The notes below the pieces were generated by a model. That model saw only the letters and a program-made list of their open reading frames with translations, was not told the origin of the DNA and did not search any database. Made by a program: the position numbers and the translations under genes. A DNA stretch of 64,000 bases from assembly GCA_028867755.1 (NCBI GenBank), contig JAGWFT010000001.1, forward strand, positions 804,727 through 868,726. Reading direction: 5' to 3'. Shown here one piece after another: positions 40,949 to 51,284 of this stretch; position 1 is the stretch's first letter; each line of letters opens with the position of its first letter. Origin of the DNA: Nitrososphaerota archaeon (GTDB lineage: Archaea; Thermoproteota; Nitrososphaeria; Nitrososphaerales; Nitrosopumilaceae).

Positions 40949-41812
40949 TTGTTGGCCAAAATTCTCCAGGCAACAGTTGTTAAAAATTTTATTCCTCCAA
41001 GAAAATCTTCATCAAGAAAAGGAGAAAATGGCAAAGTCTTGGTTGTTGGAGGCAGTTATCTGTATCACGGTGCTCCAATTCTTTCGTCGCTGGCAGCACT
41101 TAGAACTGGGGCTGATCTAGTTTACACATGTGTTCCAAAAATCAATGTGACTCCAACAAGGGCATATTCACCAAATCTTATCGTCATACCACTGGTTGAT
41201 GCCAAGATTACAAGAGGTGCAGTTAGAAAATTAGTTGGAATCATTCCAAAAGAACTTGATTCTGCAACTATCGGTATGGGGCTTGGAATTCAAGATAAAG
41301 AGGCATTGAAGATACTAGTAAAAGATCTACTTGACAGAGCAGTGATGCTATCTCTTGATGCAAGCGCTCTTGTACCGGAAATCCTTTCTGAAATTAAAGA
41401 TAAAAAAGTAACAGTTACTCCACATGCAGGAGAGTTCAAAAGATTATTTGGAGAATTGCCACCAGATAATATAAAACAAAGAACTATGATGGTACAAAAA
41501 CATGCAAAAAATAATGGAGTGACTGTATTGCTCAAGGGCCCAACTGATATTGTATCTGATGGGAGTCAAACGTTCCTAAACCCAAAGAACTTGGCGTCAA
41601 TGACTGTAGGCGGTACAGGTGACGTTCTTTCCGGGGTAGTATCTGCAATGTTATCAAAGAACAGAAAACCTGTGGAGGCTGCATCATGTGCTGTATTCAT
41701 AAATGGCAATGCAGGTGCACTGGCACAAAAGAAAAATGGCTTACATATTATGGCAACAGACATCTTGGATTTTATTCCTGTAGCCATGAAACCATTTGAT
41801 AGGATAAAGTGA
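40949..41812 (+). CDS. nnrD: ADP-dependent NAD(P)H-hydrate dehydratase
   Basis: RKGENG, VGGS, TPHAGEF, LKG, GGTGDVLSG. Confidence 0.92.
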   Translation: MLAKILQATVVKNFIPPRKSSSRKGENGKVLVVGGSYLYHGAPILSSLAALRTGADLVYTCVPKINVTPTRAYSPNLIVIPLVDAKITRGAVRKLVGIIPKELDSATIGMGLGIQDKEALKILVKDLLDRAVMLSLDASALVPEILSEIKDKKVTVTPHAGEFKRLFGELPPDNIKQRTMMVQKHAKNNGVTVLLKGPTDIVSDGSQTFLNPKNLASMTVGGTGDVLSGVVSAMLSKNRKPVEAASCAVFINGNAGALAQKKNGLHIMATDILDFIPVAMKPFDRIK

Positions 41813-41818
41813 TTTTCT

Positions 41819-43165
41819 ATGCAAGAGCGATATATCGATAAAAACATGTCAGCATTAATTTCTGATTTGCAAAAGTTAATCAGACAGCCAAGCGTTTCTG
41901 CAAAGAATCTTGGGCTGGAAGAATGTGCAAGGCTGGTGGCTCAGATAATGAAAAAGTCTGGAATTAGGGCAGAAATATTAAGGCTAGGAAGAGGTGTTCC
42001 GCCAGCAGTGTATGGTGAAGTCAGGTCAAAGAAAAATCCAAGAAAAACAATTTTGTTTTACAATCATTATGACGTTCAACCAGAAGAGCCTCTTGAATTG
42101 TGGGATGATGCGCCATTTAGTGGTAAGATAAAAGGGAATAAAATCTATGGAAGGGGATCTGCTGATGATAAGGGAGAACTAATCACTAGAATCAAAGCAG
42201 TTGAAGCGTTCCTCAAAACTACAGGAGATGTACCGTGTAACATAAAGTTCCTAGTTGAGGGAGAAGAAGAAATTGGTAGCATGCATATTGAAAATTATCT
42301 GAAAAAATATCAAAAGAGACTGTCATGCGATGGTGTAATCTGGGAGTTTGGATATGTTGATGAAAAGGACAGGCCGATAATCAGTCTTGGCATGAAAGGC
42401 CTGCTGTATGTAGAGCTTTCAGTGCAAGAATCTATCCGCGATGCTCATTCCAGTCTTGCAGTGCTAATTGAAAATCCCGCTTGGAGGTTAATTGGAGCAT
42501 TGAAAACATTACGTGACAAAAATGGCACTATTCTCATTAAAGATTGGTATGAGGAGGTTGATAATTTTACAAAAGAAGAACTTGATGTGATTGCCCTTGA
42601 GCCATTTGATGAAAAGTCATTTAAAAAAGAATATGGTGTGAAGAGATTTGTGGGCAACAAAAAGGGGATAAATATACGAAAAGCAGTGGTAGGTGATCCC
42701 ACCTGTAACATTGCTGGATTTTCATCTGGATGGGAAGGGCTTGGTGCAAAAACAGTTTTGCCATCAAAGGCACTTGTGAAAATTGATTTTAGACTTGTTC
42801 CAAAAATGGATCCTCTAAGACAATTATCTAGACTCAAGCGGCATCTCAAAGAAAAGGGATTTGGTGATATTCAGGTGAGGATGATTCATGGTGAGGCAGC
42901 TTCAAGAACCAAAATATCTGATCCATTTGTTAAGGTGGTAGAGAAGGCAGCAGACGAATCTTTTGGAACCTCAATAACAAGCGTTTCTTCTGCTGGAACA
43001 GGACCGATGTATTCATTCTCTAAGGTGCTCAAGGCGCCGTGTATCTCGATTGGAAGCACATACGTCTATGCAAGAATTCATTCGCCCAATGAATTTGCAA
43101 GAATTGACCTGCTAAAAAAGACAACAAAATGTATGTGTAAGATAATGAAAAAATTTAGCATCTAA
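41819..43165 (+). CDS. M20/M25/M40 family metallopeptidase
   Basis: HYDVQP, RGSADDKG, EGEEEIGS, IHSPNE. Confidence 0.93.
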   Translation: MQERYIDKNMSALISDLQKLIRQPSVSAKNLGLEECARLVAQIMKKSGIRAEILRLGRGVPPAVYGEVRSKKNPRKTILFYNHYDVQPEEPLELWDDAPFSGKIKGNKIYGRGSADDKGELITRIKAVEAFLKTTGDVPCNIKFLVEGEEEIGSMHIENYLKKYQKRLSCDGVIWEFGYVDEKDRPIISLGMKGLLYVELSVQESIRDAHSSLAVLIENPAWRLIGALKTLRDKNGTILIKDWYEEVDNFTKEELDVIALEPFDEKSFKKEYGVKRFVGNKKGINIRKAVVGDPTCNIAGFSSGWEGLGAKTVLPSKALVKIDFRLVPKMDPLRQLSRLKRHLKEKGFGDIQVRMIHGEAASRTKISDPFVKVVEKAADESFGTSITSVSSAGTGPMYSFSKVLKAPCISIGSTYVYARIHSPNEFARIDLLKKTTKCMCKIMKKFSI

Positions 43166-43292
43166 CAGAAAAATCTCAAGATATGTTTCTCTTTGCATGC
43201 CGATTAGATCGCATAATCTCAATAGTATACGGAATTTAGTTTACAAGTGATTCAGAGAAAGGCCTTTATTGTGCTCGGTTGGCAGTTCAATT

Positions 43293-43886
43293 ATGGCTTA
43301 TATGTATATGCCAGGTGCCACTGCAGTTGGAATTGCTTATGATAGCGGCATTATACTGGCAAGCGAGAGAAGGATATCTTATGGAAATTTCGTAGTAAGT
43401 AAAAGTACGAAGAAGACCTTTAAGATAACCGACTTTGTCGGGGCATGTTGTGCAGGAATGGTGGCAGACATGCAAGTTTTGGCCATGCAAATGCGTGCGT
43501 TGACAAAGATTAGAAAGTTGGAACTAAAAAGAGAGATTCCGCCAAACTCTGTAGCTAAAATGATGTCATCTCTGATGTATGAGCGAAGATTCTATCCTCT
43601 TCTTACTCAAGTAATTGTTGGCGGTGTAGATGGAGAGGCTGCTATTTACACGCTTGATCCTCTAGGTTCTGTTCTTCCAGATGATTATGCAGCTGTGGGA
43701 ACTGGTGCAGAAATGGCACTAGGTGTACTAGATCAGGAATTCAAGAAAGGAATGAAAGAAAAGGATGCAGTAACACTTGCAGTAAAGTCAATAAGATCTG
43801 CGATAATGCGAGATGCAGCAAGCGGAGATGGAATTGATGTGCTAGTTATCGACAAAAGCGGAACAAGAGAATTTACAGAGAACTAG
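43293..43886 (+). CDS. psmB: proteasome subunit beta
   Basis: GATAVG, ASERR, DPLGS, GTG, RDAASG. Confidence 0.93.
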   Translation: MAYMYMPGATAVGIAYDSGIILASERRISYGNFVVSKSTKKTFKITDFVGACCAGMVADMQVLAMQMRALTKIRKLELKREIPPNSVAKMMSSLMYERRFYPLLTQVIVGGVDGEAAIYTLDPLGSVLPDDYAAVGTGAEMALGVLDQEFKKGMKEKDAVTLAVKSIRSAIMRDAASGDGIDVLVIDKSGTREFTEN

Positions 43887-44363
43887 TCACTTTTTTATTG
43901 TTTTTGCAGACTCCCAATATTTGTCTGATATGTAATGTAGGTTCTTGATTACCTCGCCCTTTGTGATGTTGGACATTTCATCACTTGATACAAGTGATTT
44001 TCCTATTGCAAGAAACTTGTTATGAGTCTCTTCGACGACACAAACAAGCTGGTCTTTTTGAAAGTCAGTATGATTTTTGATTCCTGGACGCATGACATTT
44101 GCACCATTGCAGACAAACTTTATGGCGCCAGCATCCACCATTACTTTTGGAAATCTCTCAAGAAGGCCAGTCTCTGAAAGAAATGGCAAATATGTTTCAC
44201 CAATTTTAATTGCCATGAAACCATCACCAGTTATGATTGATGCTTCCTCGTCAATCTCATGTTTTATCAATGTCTTTAGTTTTGGTAAATCTATTTTCCA
44301 CTGGGAAGTGATTGCTTCTAGAATGTCGGTGGTATCGCTTTTAGATAGAGGATGAGACTTCAA
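43887..44363 (-). CDS. PUA domain RNA-binding protein (MCT-1/Tma20-like)
   Basis: VDAGAIKFVCNGANVMRPGI. Confidence 0.9.
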   Translation of the reverse strand: MKSHPLSKSDTTDILEAITSQWKIDLPKLKTLIKHEIDEEASIITGDGFMAIKIGETYLPFLSETGLLERFPKVMVDAGAIKFVCNGANVMRPGIKNHTDFQKDQLVCVVEETHNKFLAIGKSLVSSDEMSNITKGEVIKNLHYISDKYWESAKTIKK

Positions 44364-45373
44364 TCCCTTGCCATTTCCTGCTTGATGTCTAGCAAGTCGC
44401 GTAATATGGAACTTGCAGTTTCTATTCCACCTGCACCACGCCCTATTATTGTCTGTTGACCTGAGTGCTCTGAGCTAAAGGTAATTGCATTTAATGTCCC
44501 GTTGACACAAAGCGGATCATCTGTAGATATTTCTCTTGGAGATACCTCTAGATCCCTATTACACGATGCAATTAGTTTAACTGCAGCATGGTTTGTTGAT
44601 GCTCGTTTAATGTCAGCAGTTGACACATTTCTAATTCCAGTTCGTTTGATATCCTTGATTGTTACCTTCATATCCATTATCCAGTTTGCAAGTATCACAA
44701 GCTTGGCAGCTGCATCAAATCCGTCAATATCCAAGGATTCATCAGCTTCTACGTATCCTTTTTTCTTTGCGTCAGCAAGGGCTGTCTTAAAAGTCATGCC
44801 GCCAGCCATGTTTGTAAGAATATAATTTGTTGTACCGTTTAGTATGCCTTGAAAAGAAACTATCCTCTCTCCTCTGAGACTATTCTTTGCATAATCTAAT
44901 ATCGGCGTTCCGCCACCGACAGTTCCACTGAATCTTAATTGTACTTGATTGTATGTCGCTAGTTCTATTAAAGATGGAAACGCAAGTGCCAGTGGACCTT
45001 TATTTACTGTAATGACATGCAGGCCTTTTTTCATTGCAGTGACTATGTGTGACATGCCTGGCTCTGCATCCTTGTAGTTACTTGGGGTGGCCTCGATTAG
45101 AACCTCAGCCTCCATACCATTTATCATGTCAAGACCGTTTGCTTCCTTTTCCTTATTGTGATATTTTCGTATGTCTCCATATTTCTTCTTGACTTCAAGC
45201 AATCTGTTTAGATCAATTCCTGCAGACGAAGCAGCAGAACCTTTACTGTCAAATACGCCTACAATTCTAGGCTTGAGACCATGTTTTGCATAAAGATCTT
45301 CGGATCTAGAAAGGAGGAGTTTTGCAAAACTTTGGCCTACTATACCAAACCCCGACAGTATTATGCGCAACAT
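44360..45373 (-). CDS. hom: homoserine dehydrogenase
   Basis: GFGIVG, NKGPLA, GTVGGGTP, LNGTTNYIL, GRGAGG. Confidence 0.96.
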   Translation of the reverse strand: MLRIILSGFGIVGQSFAKLLLSRSEDLYAKHGLKPRIVGVFDSKGSAASSAGIDLNRLLEVKKKYGDIRKYHNKEKEANGLDMINGMEAEVLIEATPSNYKDAEPGMSHIVTAMKKGLHVITVNKGPLALAFPSLIELATYNQVQLRFSGTVGGGTPILDYAKNSLRGERIVSFQGILNGTTNYILTNMAGGMTFKTALADAKKKGYVEADESLDIDGFDAAAKLVILANWIMDMKVTIKDIKRTGIRNVSTADIKRASTNHAAVKLIASCNRDLEVSPREISTDDPLCVNGTLNAITFSSEHSGQQTIIGRGAGGIETASSILRDLLDIKQEMARD

Positions 45374-45453
45374 TCACCAGACGCATGTTGGTATTAATTA
45401 AGATTGACGATTTTTGAGATTCCTTTATTAAAGCTTGAAAAACTTCGGATACC

Positions 45454-46107
45454 GTGAAATCTAAAAAATATGTTTACGTTGGAATTGCAGCAGCCTGTAT
45501 TGCAGCAGCAATTGTGATTCTCACCCAGTCCAATGTGGGGCAGACCGCCAGTACTCCCACAGGAATTTCTGCATATACTTTGGATTTTACTTATGAAACT
45601 GCGAACGCAGATTTGAAAAGCACCCTAATAAGTCAAAGCATAAACATGTCAAAACCTCTAGAGTTTAGTACTGCAACTGACATTAACCAGTATTGCAATT
45701 TTCTTACTAATCAGACAAAACAGGCAATGATACAATACTGTACTTCAACAGAAATCAAAGATGAAAACAATAGTTTTCTTGGGAATGTTAACATGGTAGG
45801 ATCCGCTCTTGCACCAGTGTTGGTGATTACGGCAGCACAGTCGGATCCAACATTTAGCAACTATCACGACGTAAAGACTCTCTTTGTAGATGTCATAAAT
45901 GAAACAGTGTGTCAATGTTGGGATAAAGAAAAACCAGGAGGATATTCTACACCATCAGATATGATTGATGCTCTTCGCGCTTTTCACTTGAAGGGAACAG
46001 AACCAGATAGCACCACTCACAGTATACCATTAAACGGAAAACACTTTGAAATTGAGATGACTACAAACACTCAAGGCTATCTCTGGAAATTACTTGTGGC
46101 CAGGTAA
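45454..46107 (+). CDS. membrane-anchored secreted hypothetical protein with several Cys
   Basis: N-terminal TM; YC..YC..CQCW. Confidence 0.75.
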   Translation: MKSKKYVYVGIAAACIAAAIVILTQSNVGQTASTPTGISAYTLDFTYETANADLKSTLISQSINMSKPLEFSTATDINQYCNFLTNQTKQAMIQYCTSTEIKDENNSFLGNVNMVGSALAPVLVITAAQSDPTFSNYHDVKTLFVDVINETVCQCWDKEKPGGYSTPSDMIDALRAFHLKGTEPDSTTHSIPLNGKHFEIEMTTNTQGYLWKLLVAR

Positions 46108-46167
46108 TTACTCTATATCTGGGTCCATTAAGCTTGACGCACTCACTTAACCTATGGGAGTTTCATT

Positions 46168-46947
46168 TTGGTGTTAGTATTGCTTGAATATCTCTGGCTG
46201 GTACCGCTTGGTTTTGCAGCTGGTATCATAGGTTCTATGATTGGCCTAGGAGGGGGATTTGTTATTGTTCCTGCATTAACCTTTGCTGGGTTTCCCCCCA
46301 CACTTGCAGCTAGCAACAGCCTCTTTGCAGCATTTTGTAACGCAGTAGCGTCTACGATATCATATGCCAAACAAAAGCGAATTGTATACTCACTAGGACT
46401 AAAACTGGGACTACTTTCTATACCTGGAACCGTACTTGGGGCATACATCTCAGATGAAATATCTGCATCTTTATTCAAGCTACTATTTGGTATGGTGCTG
46501 GTTGCTTCTAGTGTGTATATTTATTCTAGAAGAAAGATGGAACCAAAAGAATACAATCTCTCAAAACAGATGATGATACTTGCAGTTGGTTCTAGCTTCT
46601 TTGCTGGTATAATTTCAAGCCTATTTGGAATTGGGGGAGGCACGGTATTTGTTCCTCTCATGGTTGTGGCAATAGGTCTGTCTATGAAATTAGCTGCACC
46701 CACATCACAATTCATACTGATGTTTGCAGCTGCATCCGGAATGATTGTACACTCTATGTTAGGGCATCCTGATTACGCTCAAGCTGGCTTGTTATCGATA
46801 GGTGCATTTGCTGGAGGAATAGTAGGCAGTAAAATATCGCTGAGAGTTGATGAAAAGAAACTCAAGATATTTGTTACAATAGTGCTTGCCATAACATCAG
46901 TTAAACTCTTTATGGATGCTTTTAATGCACCAGTTAAAGTACCATGA
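46168..46947 (+). CDS. sulfite exporter TauE/SafE family protein
   Basis: Duplicated GLGGGFVIVP / GIGGGTVFVP motifs. Confidence 0.92.
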   Translation: MVLVLLEYLWLVPLGFAAGIIGSMIGLGGGFVIVPALTFAGFPPTLAASNSLFAAFCNAVASTISYAKQKRIVYSLGLKLGLLSIPGTVLGAYISDEISASLFKLLFGMVLVASSVYIYSRRKMEPKEYNLSKQMMILAVGSSFFAGIISSLFGIGGGTVFVPLMVVAIGLSMKLAAPTSQFILMFAAASGMIVHSMLGHPDYAQAGLLSIGAFAGGIVGSKISLRVDEKKLKIFVTIVLAITSVKLFMDAFNAPVKVP

Positions 46948-47003
46948 TAATAATTTGAAAAAATAAATAGCAAAAAATAATTTAACTGTTTTTTACTGGA
47001 TGG

Positions 47004-47450
47004 TTACTTTTTCATTTGATAAAGATTTCTTTTAGATACGAGTGCAGTCTCTCCATTTTCTTTTGTTCCTTCAAAATCGATTGACAGTAGACCAAATTCA
47101 TCATTAAGGTCACGTTTATCAACTATCTTGAATTTGATATTTAGCTTTTCATCTGTTTTGAGCGGCTTGAGAAATCTTGTCTGTCTATTGTTCCATGACG
47201 GATCCCCATCTATTCCATAGAAAATCAATAGATTCCCATACATCTCTTCAAGCCTAGTAAACTCTCCTTCAATTTTTGCTAGAATTGCTCTGCCTGAAAC
47301 CATTCTATCTTTCTGGTTTGAAATCTCATTTTTCTCATAAATTATGTTTTTTATTCCTGAAAAAGAAAGATATCTATCTAGATCATCTGAAGAAATCTTA
47401 CACTCTGAGAAAAACTCGTCGCCCACATTTAGCTCAGAGAATTTCTTCAA
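47004..47450 (-). CDS. MaoC-like hotdog-fold dehydratase
   Basis: FSELNVGD, RFLKPL, hotdog pattern; overlaps the SDR stop. Confidence 0.75.
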   Translation of the reverse strand: MKKFSELNVGDEFFSECKISSDDLDRYLSFSGIKNIIYEKNEISNQKDRMVSGRAILAKIEGEFTRLEEMYGNLLIFYGIDGDPSWNNRQTRFLKPLKTDEKLNIKFKIVDKRDLNDEFGLLSIDFEGTKENGETALVSKRNLYQMKK

Positions 47451-49234
47451 GACCTTGTTTCGTCTGGATAGTAAATTATTTCAGAATTTCCAATTGCCTT
47501 TCCAGAGCTGAAGAAATTTACTGCGTTTAGGATTTTTGAGCTGTCAGATTCTGTTCCATCGACGCTACCAGGAAGAATAAGGTATATTCTGATTTTTGAC
47601 TTGAGAACATCACTTAGCTCCTGATTGACTGTTGTAGTAAAGGGCCTTAATGCGCCACGAAATACTTCTACTTTTGCTCTGTCTTTTCCTGTTACCTTGC
47701 TACCAGAAGGCATGTCAGGTCCAATCAGTATGATTGTGCCTTCCTTTTCTTTGAAAAGCGGTGGATTTTTTGCCCCTCCGGGAACAAACCTGTTGAGAGT
47801 TTCTTGAAGGACTGATGCAGGTGTGTTTATGAATTTGTCCACAAGTCCATCCCATTGCTGTCTTGACAATTCTGTAATATTTGGTACTTGGGGTAATCTT
47901 CCAGTTGCATAAATCACTGTATTGATTGGACCTATCTTTTCTGTTGCTGTATTTAGCATTCTTTTCATATTTTCTTGACTTGTGATGTCCATTACATGCG
48001 AATGAAATTTGGATAATCGCTCTTCTGCCTGTTTGATACTGGTCTTTGAAATCAGAATTACTGTTTTCCCTCCATTGGTCTCAATATTTTGTGCTAAATG
48101 TTCTACTCTTGATACATCTGACTCTTCTGTGGCATCAACTACAAACAAAACCACCTTTGAGTTATAGTCTGGTCTGGTCTGGGGCGTTGAGCAAGATATG
48201 TGGGGTTTAACAGGGTAAAAGACTCTGTCACCTGGAATTACTTTTCCATTTAGGATCTTTGATATGTTTTCATCACATAACATCATAACAGTATCGGCAA
48301 CCTGCTGTTGTGACAAAAATTGCTCGTCTGCAATCATCTTACTGGTATTATTTTGAATTTTTTCTGCAATCTGTTGTATCTTGGTCAAAAGTGAAGAAAT
48401 AGTGTTACCGAGCTTCTCAATTTCTGATTCTGATATTATTGATTTTGTTTTTGCTAGTTTTGATGCGGCTTGTTTTATTCCATTTTTTACAGTGTTTTCA
48501 TCTTCGCCTAATAATGGGAGGATATCATTATTGACAATTTCTACTTCTTCTGGTGTGAGATTTTCAAAACCACTGACTCGCATAAATTCTGCGGCTGCTT
48601 TTGGATACACTGTTTTGTATATCCTATCAGAATGAACTGGACCGGGATTGGTAGCAATTGATGTTATCTTTTTATCTGTAAGCTCCCATGACATTACTTC
48701 TGCAAGTCTATTCTTTGCTCCCTGTGAAGCTGTATATGGGCTTCTAAATCTGTACGGCCTCTGCTCAAATGGGCGCTCTTCTGTAAAAAAAGTTGATATT
48801 GTTACAATCTTGCATCCTGGTTTCATGGTCTTAATTGCCTGAGCTGATGTCCAGAAAGTACCTGTGAGATGAATACCTACAGTACTCTTGAAATCACTCA
48901 TCGGGGAATTGGCAAAACATGTTACAGGGCCTGAGACTCCTGCATTGTTTACAACAATATCTACAGCTCCATGAGATTTCTTCAAATCTTCAAACATTCG
49001 TGAAACTCCCTCTTCATCACTAACATCAACACCTGGAAAAATTTTTACAAATGCTCCGCTTTTCTCTTTGTCAATTATCTGTTGTAACTCTTTGGCAGTT
49101 TCCTCAAGCGGCTCCTTTCTTCTCCCTAAAATGACTATGTTTGCACCATTTTCGGCAAATTTGATCGCTATTGCCTTTCCAATTCCAGTACCACTTCCGG
49201 TGATAACTACGAGTTTATTCTGGAACTCTGACAT
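47447..49234 (-). CDS. two-domain SDR oxidoreductase with malonyl-CoA-reductase-like architecture
   Basis: TGSGTGIG, VNNAG, NPGPVHSDRI; degenerate second SDR domain. Confidence 0.85.
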   Translation of the reverse strand: MSEFQNKLVVITGSGTGIGKAIAIKFAENGANIVILGRRKEPLEETAKELQQIIDKEKSGAFVKIFPGVDVSDEEGVSRMFEDLKKSHGAVDIVVNNAGVSGPVTCFANSPMSDFKSTVGIHLTGTFWTSAQAIKTMKPGCKIVTISTFFTEERPFEQRPYRFRSPYTASQGAKNRLAEVMSWELTDKKITSIATNPGPVHSDRIYKTVYPKAAAEFMRVSGFENLTPEEVEIVNNDILPLLGEDENTVKNGIKQAASKLAKTKSIISESEIEKLGNTISSLLTKIQQIAEKIQNNTSKMIADEQFLSQQQVADTVMMLCDENISKILNGKVIPGDRVFYPVKPHISCSTPQTRPDYNSKVVLFVVDATEESDVSRVEHLAQNIETNGGKTVILISKTSIKQAEERLSKFHSHVMDITSQENMKRMLNTATEKIGPINTVIYATGRLPQVPNITELSRQQWDGLVDKFINTPASVLQETLNRFVPGGAKNPPLFKEKEGTIILIGPDMPSGSKVTGKDRAKVEVFRGALRPFTTTVNQELSDVLKSKIRIYLILPGSVDGTESDSSKILNAVNFFSSGKAIGNSEIIYYPDETRS

Positions 49235-49335
49235 TGACAGGATCTAACATATTTTTCGACTATTTATTCGATTGTGCTTTGCTCTTAGAGGGTGGCACAC
49301 TAATATTTATTTGAGGGTCAGATTCACCCTGACGC

Positions 49336-49572
49336 ATGCACGATTCTGAACCAGATACCTTTGCACAAAAAAACAAACAAAAAGAATACTGTGAACTGTT
49401 GGAAAAAATTGGGGTAAGTGCAGAACCAAAACAATTTGAGACAGACGAAGTTGAAAAAAGTGATTATTATTCAAAGTATTTCTCGCATTCTCCAGCTATG
49501 GTTACAAATCATGGCTGTATCGATATTAAAGGCAGTAACATCGATGTTATACAAATAATCCAGAAAGGTTGA
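49336..49572 (+). CDS. hypothetical protein
   Basis: ORF in a divergent pair with the SDR; coupled to the next ORF. Confidence 0.6.
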   Translation: MHDSEPDTFAQKNKQKEYCELLEKIGVSAEPKQFETDEVEKSDYYSKYFSHSPAMVTNHGCIDIKGSNIDVIQIIQKG

Positions 49573-49573
49573 G

Positions 49574-49954
49574 ATGACACAAGATCTAAATCCAATGCCT
49601 TGGGGCGCACAGGATAGATTTCAGGCTCACTTTATTGTAAAAGTTAAAAATCATGCAAATGCTGATAATCTTCTTGCAAAAACTACACTAAAGACAAGCG
49701 GGCACTTTGCAACAAAAAAAGTATCTGGGGTGAAATGGGTTGGAGGAAATATTGCCAAATCTCTATCTTCTGACGAAGAACTAAGAGGCATGATTTTGAA
49801 GCTTCCATATAATGACGCATTAATTTGGGTTGAGCCAACCAAGACTGGAGTGAGGATTCACGGTAAATGGAAAAGTAGCAGGGAACTGGGTATTACAAAA
49901 GAGCTATTCGATGTTTATGATAAAATAGCATCTCATGTAAAAGAATCTCTCTAG
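49574..49954 (+). CDS. hypothetical protein
   Basis: ORF starts 1 nt after the previous stop. Confidence 0.7.
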   Translation: MTQDLNPMPWGAQDRFQAHFIVKVKNHANADNLLAKTTLKTSGHFATKKVSGVKWVGGNIAKSLSSDEELRGMILKLPYNDALIWVEPTKTGVRIHGKWKSSRELGITKELFDVYDKIASHVKESL

Positions 49955-50496
49955 GCTCTCCACCAATCAAGTGCCAAACAATCAATCTTGTTACCTCTTG
50001 GAATTGCAAGAATGAATTGTTTTCTTACAGTTGTAGCTAATCTACCTGCTAAAACAACTCCAGTTGCAGACATTGTATCTGTAGAATTGTATACTTGTAA
50101 CAGATATGGTGCATGATCAATACCAGGACCTTTCTGGTAAACTGCAAAATCGCAACCAAACTTAATTCCTGGATTTACAATGTATCCTTTATCTCTGAAT
50201 TCTTTGTAAACAAGATATTTTCTGTCAAAGTTGTGGTGCTCACGTCTGCATATTTCCAACATTTCATTTAGTGCGATTATTTTTTTAGATCGATAGATCT
50301 TCAATTTTGATTTTTCCAAAAGATAGTGCCCTTCTATGAGGTCTAGAATCAATGGTACGTCTATCTCATCAGGTTTGGGTTTTGTAATTCCTATTGGTTT
50401 TCCGTAATATCCATCAGCAAATAATGTTCGTGATTCCTCTAGATCCCATACTATTATTCTGTTCTCGATTAGTTCTCCTTTTATCATTCTATTCAC
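49951..50496 (-). CDS. endA: tRNA-intron endonuclease
   Basis: YLVY..FRDKGY, GIKFGCDFAVY, DHAPY, R..TTVRK. Confidence 0.95.
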   Translation of the reverse strand: MNRMIKGELIENRIIVWDLEESRTLFADGYYGKPIGITKPKPDEIDVPLILDLIEGHYLLEKSKLKIYRSKKIIALNEMLEICRREHHNFDRKYLVYKEFRDKGYIVNPGIKFGCDFAVYQKGPGIDHAPYLLQVYNSTDTMSATGVVLAGRLATTVRKQFILAIPRGNKIDCLALDWWRA

Positions 50497-50554
50497 AAAT
50501 CACGCAATTGATTTTAGTGTTTAGAAAATGCTATTGAGAAATATACCTTTTATC

Positions 50555-51208
50555 TTATAGGCTAAGGGCAAGCAAAATGAATGAATCTGATACCTGAAGG
50601 CATTTGTCAGACATTTCCTCTATTCCTTCTACGACATCTATTAGAAGCATTAGTTCCTTTGTAGCTGTAACCTCGTCCAAGACCTTTATGGTTAAAGCGC
50701 GATACTTTTCATCAACTGCTCTTTCCATCTTCTGAGCTTCATGAGCAAGATCAATTGCAACTGTAGCGTTACCACCTAACGCACGAACGATTTCATTTAT
50801 TTTATAAATCTGGTCTACTGCCTGCTCAATCAGACCTGCTAGATCTTTTTCAATTTTTTCCTTCTTAAGTGTGGCTCCCTTTATGTTTGACAACTTGAAA
50901 GCAATGCCTGTAATGTAACCTGCAATTTCATCCATCGTATATGCTGTATTCAGCAGGTTTTCTCTGTTCATCATTAGTCCACCAACATCTGCAATTTCGC
51001 GAGTTATTTTCCTGCGCAAAGCCTCTACTTCGTCTTCAGTATTTTTTATTCTCTCAAGAACCTGCTTTATCTCGGATTTGTCAGCCTTGATTATCAACTC
51101 TGGAAGTGATGACAGGTCTCTAACTGCATTAAGAATCCTGTTTATTTCATCTTGCAAAACGGCAAGTGCCTTTCTTTTTGCCTGAACTTCAAGTTCCCCG
51201 CTGTACAT
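50555..51208 (-). CDS. DUF47 / PhoU-like phosphate transport regulator
   Basis: Two helical repeats with EDEVE / ERAVDE and EMSDKC. Confidence 0.85.
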   Translation of the reverse strand: MYSGELEVQAKRKALAVLQDEINRILNAVRDLSSLPELIIKADKSEIKQVLERIKNTEDEVEALRRKITREIADVGGLMMNRENLLNTAYTMDEIAGYITGIAFKLSNIKGATLKKEKIEKDLAGLIEQAVDQIYKINEIVRALGGNATVAIDLAHEAQKMERAVDEKYRALTIKVLDEVTATKELMLLIDVVEGIEEMSDKCLQVSDSFILLALSL

Positions 51209-51284
51209 CTAGACGTTTAACTTGATGCCAGCAGCTAATAATCCTTACGTAAAGAGATTTCCCCTTGATCAAGTCAATCTTTGC

